A DNA stretch of 64,000 nucleotides, taken from NCBI GenBank assembly GCA_043228905.1, contig JBHGNT010000002.1, forward strand, positions 25,792,001 through 25,856,000, read 5' to 3'. The first letter of the stretch is position 1, and each line of letters starts with the position of its first letter. The notes under the pieces were generated by a model. That model saw only the letters and a list, made by a program, of their open reading frames with translations, did not search any database and was not told the origin of the DNA. Shown here one piece after another: positions 63,901 through 64,000 of this stretch. Made by a program: the position numbers and the translations under genes. Source of the stretch: Azolla caroliniana (lineage: Eukaryota; Plantae; Polypodiophyta).

Positions 63901-64000
63901 TACTAAAGTATTTGAAAAGCAGTTTCTTTTCTTGGAATACAGCATTGATATGATTGATATTTTATAGAATTTCTTATCTGTTTCTTTTTCATGATAGGAT
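60983..64000 (+). CDS. RH10: DEAD-box RNA helicase RH10/DDX47/Rrp3-like (partial, continues beyond window)
   Basis: Exons 60983-61196, 62043-62166, 62255-62324, 62541-62603, 62680-62754, 62909-63028, 63666-63707, 63825-63899, then from 63998. Q motif [36 protein letters not shown], and [25 protein letters not shown]. Confidence 0.93.

Overview
Eukaryotic, intron-rich, TE-dense plant genomic DNA. A non-seed vascular plant such as a fern is an inference from a Tcn1-like chromovirus occurring together with miR169. Bases 1-34,000 are a pile of nested transposons: two tRNA-Trp-primed Ty3/Gypsy elements, an internally deleted hAT, a Tcn1-like chromovirus carrying a solo LTR, two two-LTR Ty1/Copia elements, LINE relics, non-autonomous hAT-type elements and a PPR relic. 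The right half holds three spliced host genes whose families act in ribosome biogenesis: NUFIP1-like (- strand), DUSP12/Yvh1-like (+) and DEAD-box RH10/DDX47/Rrp3-like (+, runs off the window). Between them is a minus-strand MIR169 locus. It has an exact 21-nt miR169a mature sequence, a star strand about 500 nt away, a TATA box and telo-box promoter, a second near-perfect 58-bp hairpin in the same putative primary transcript, a Kozak-context small ORF across the miRNA, and duplicated splice donors downstream. Exon coordinates were read by hand and family assignments come from motif recognition, not database searches.
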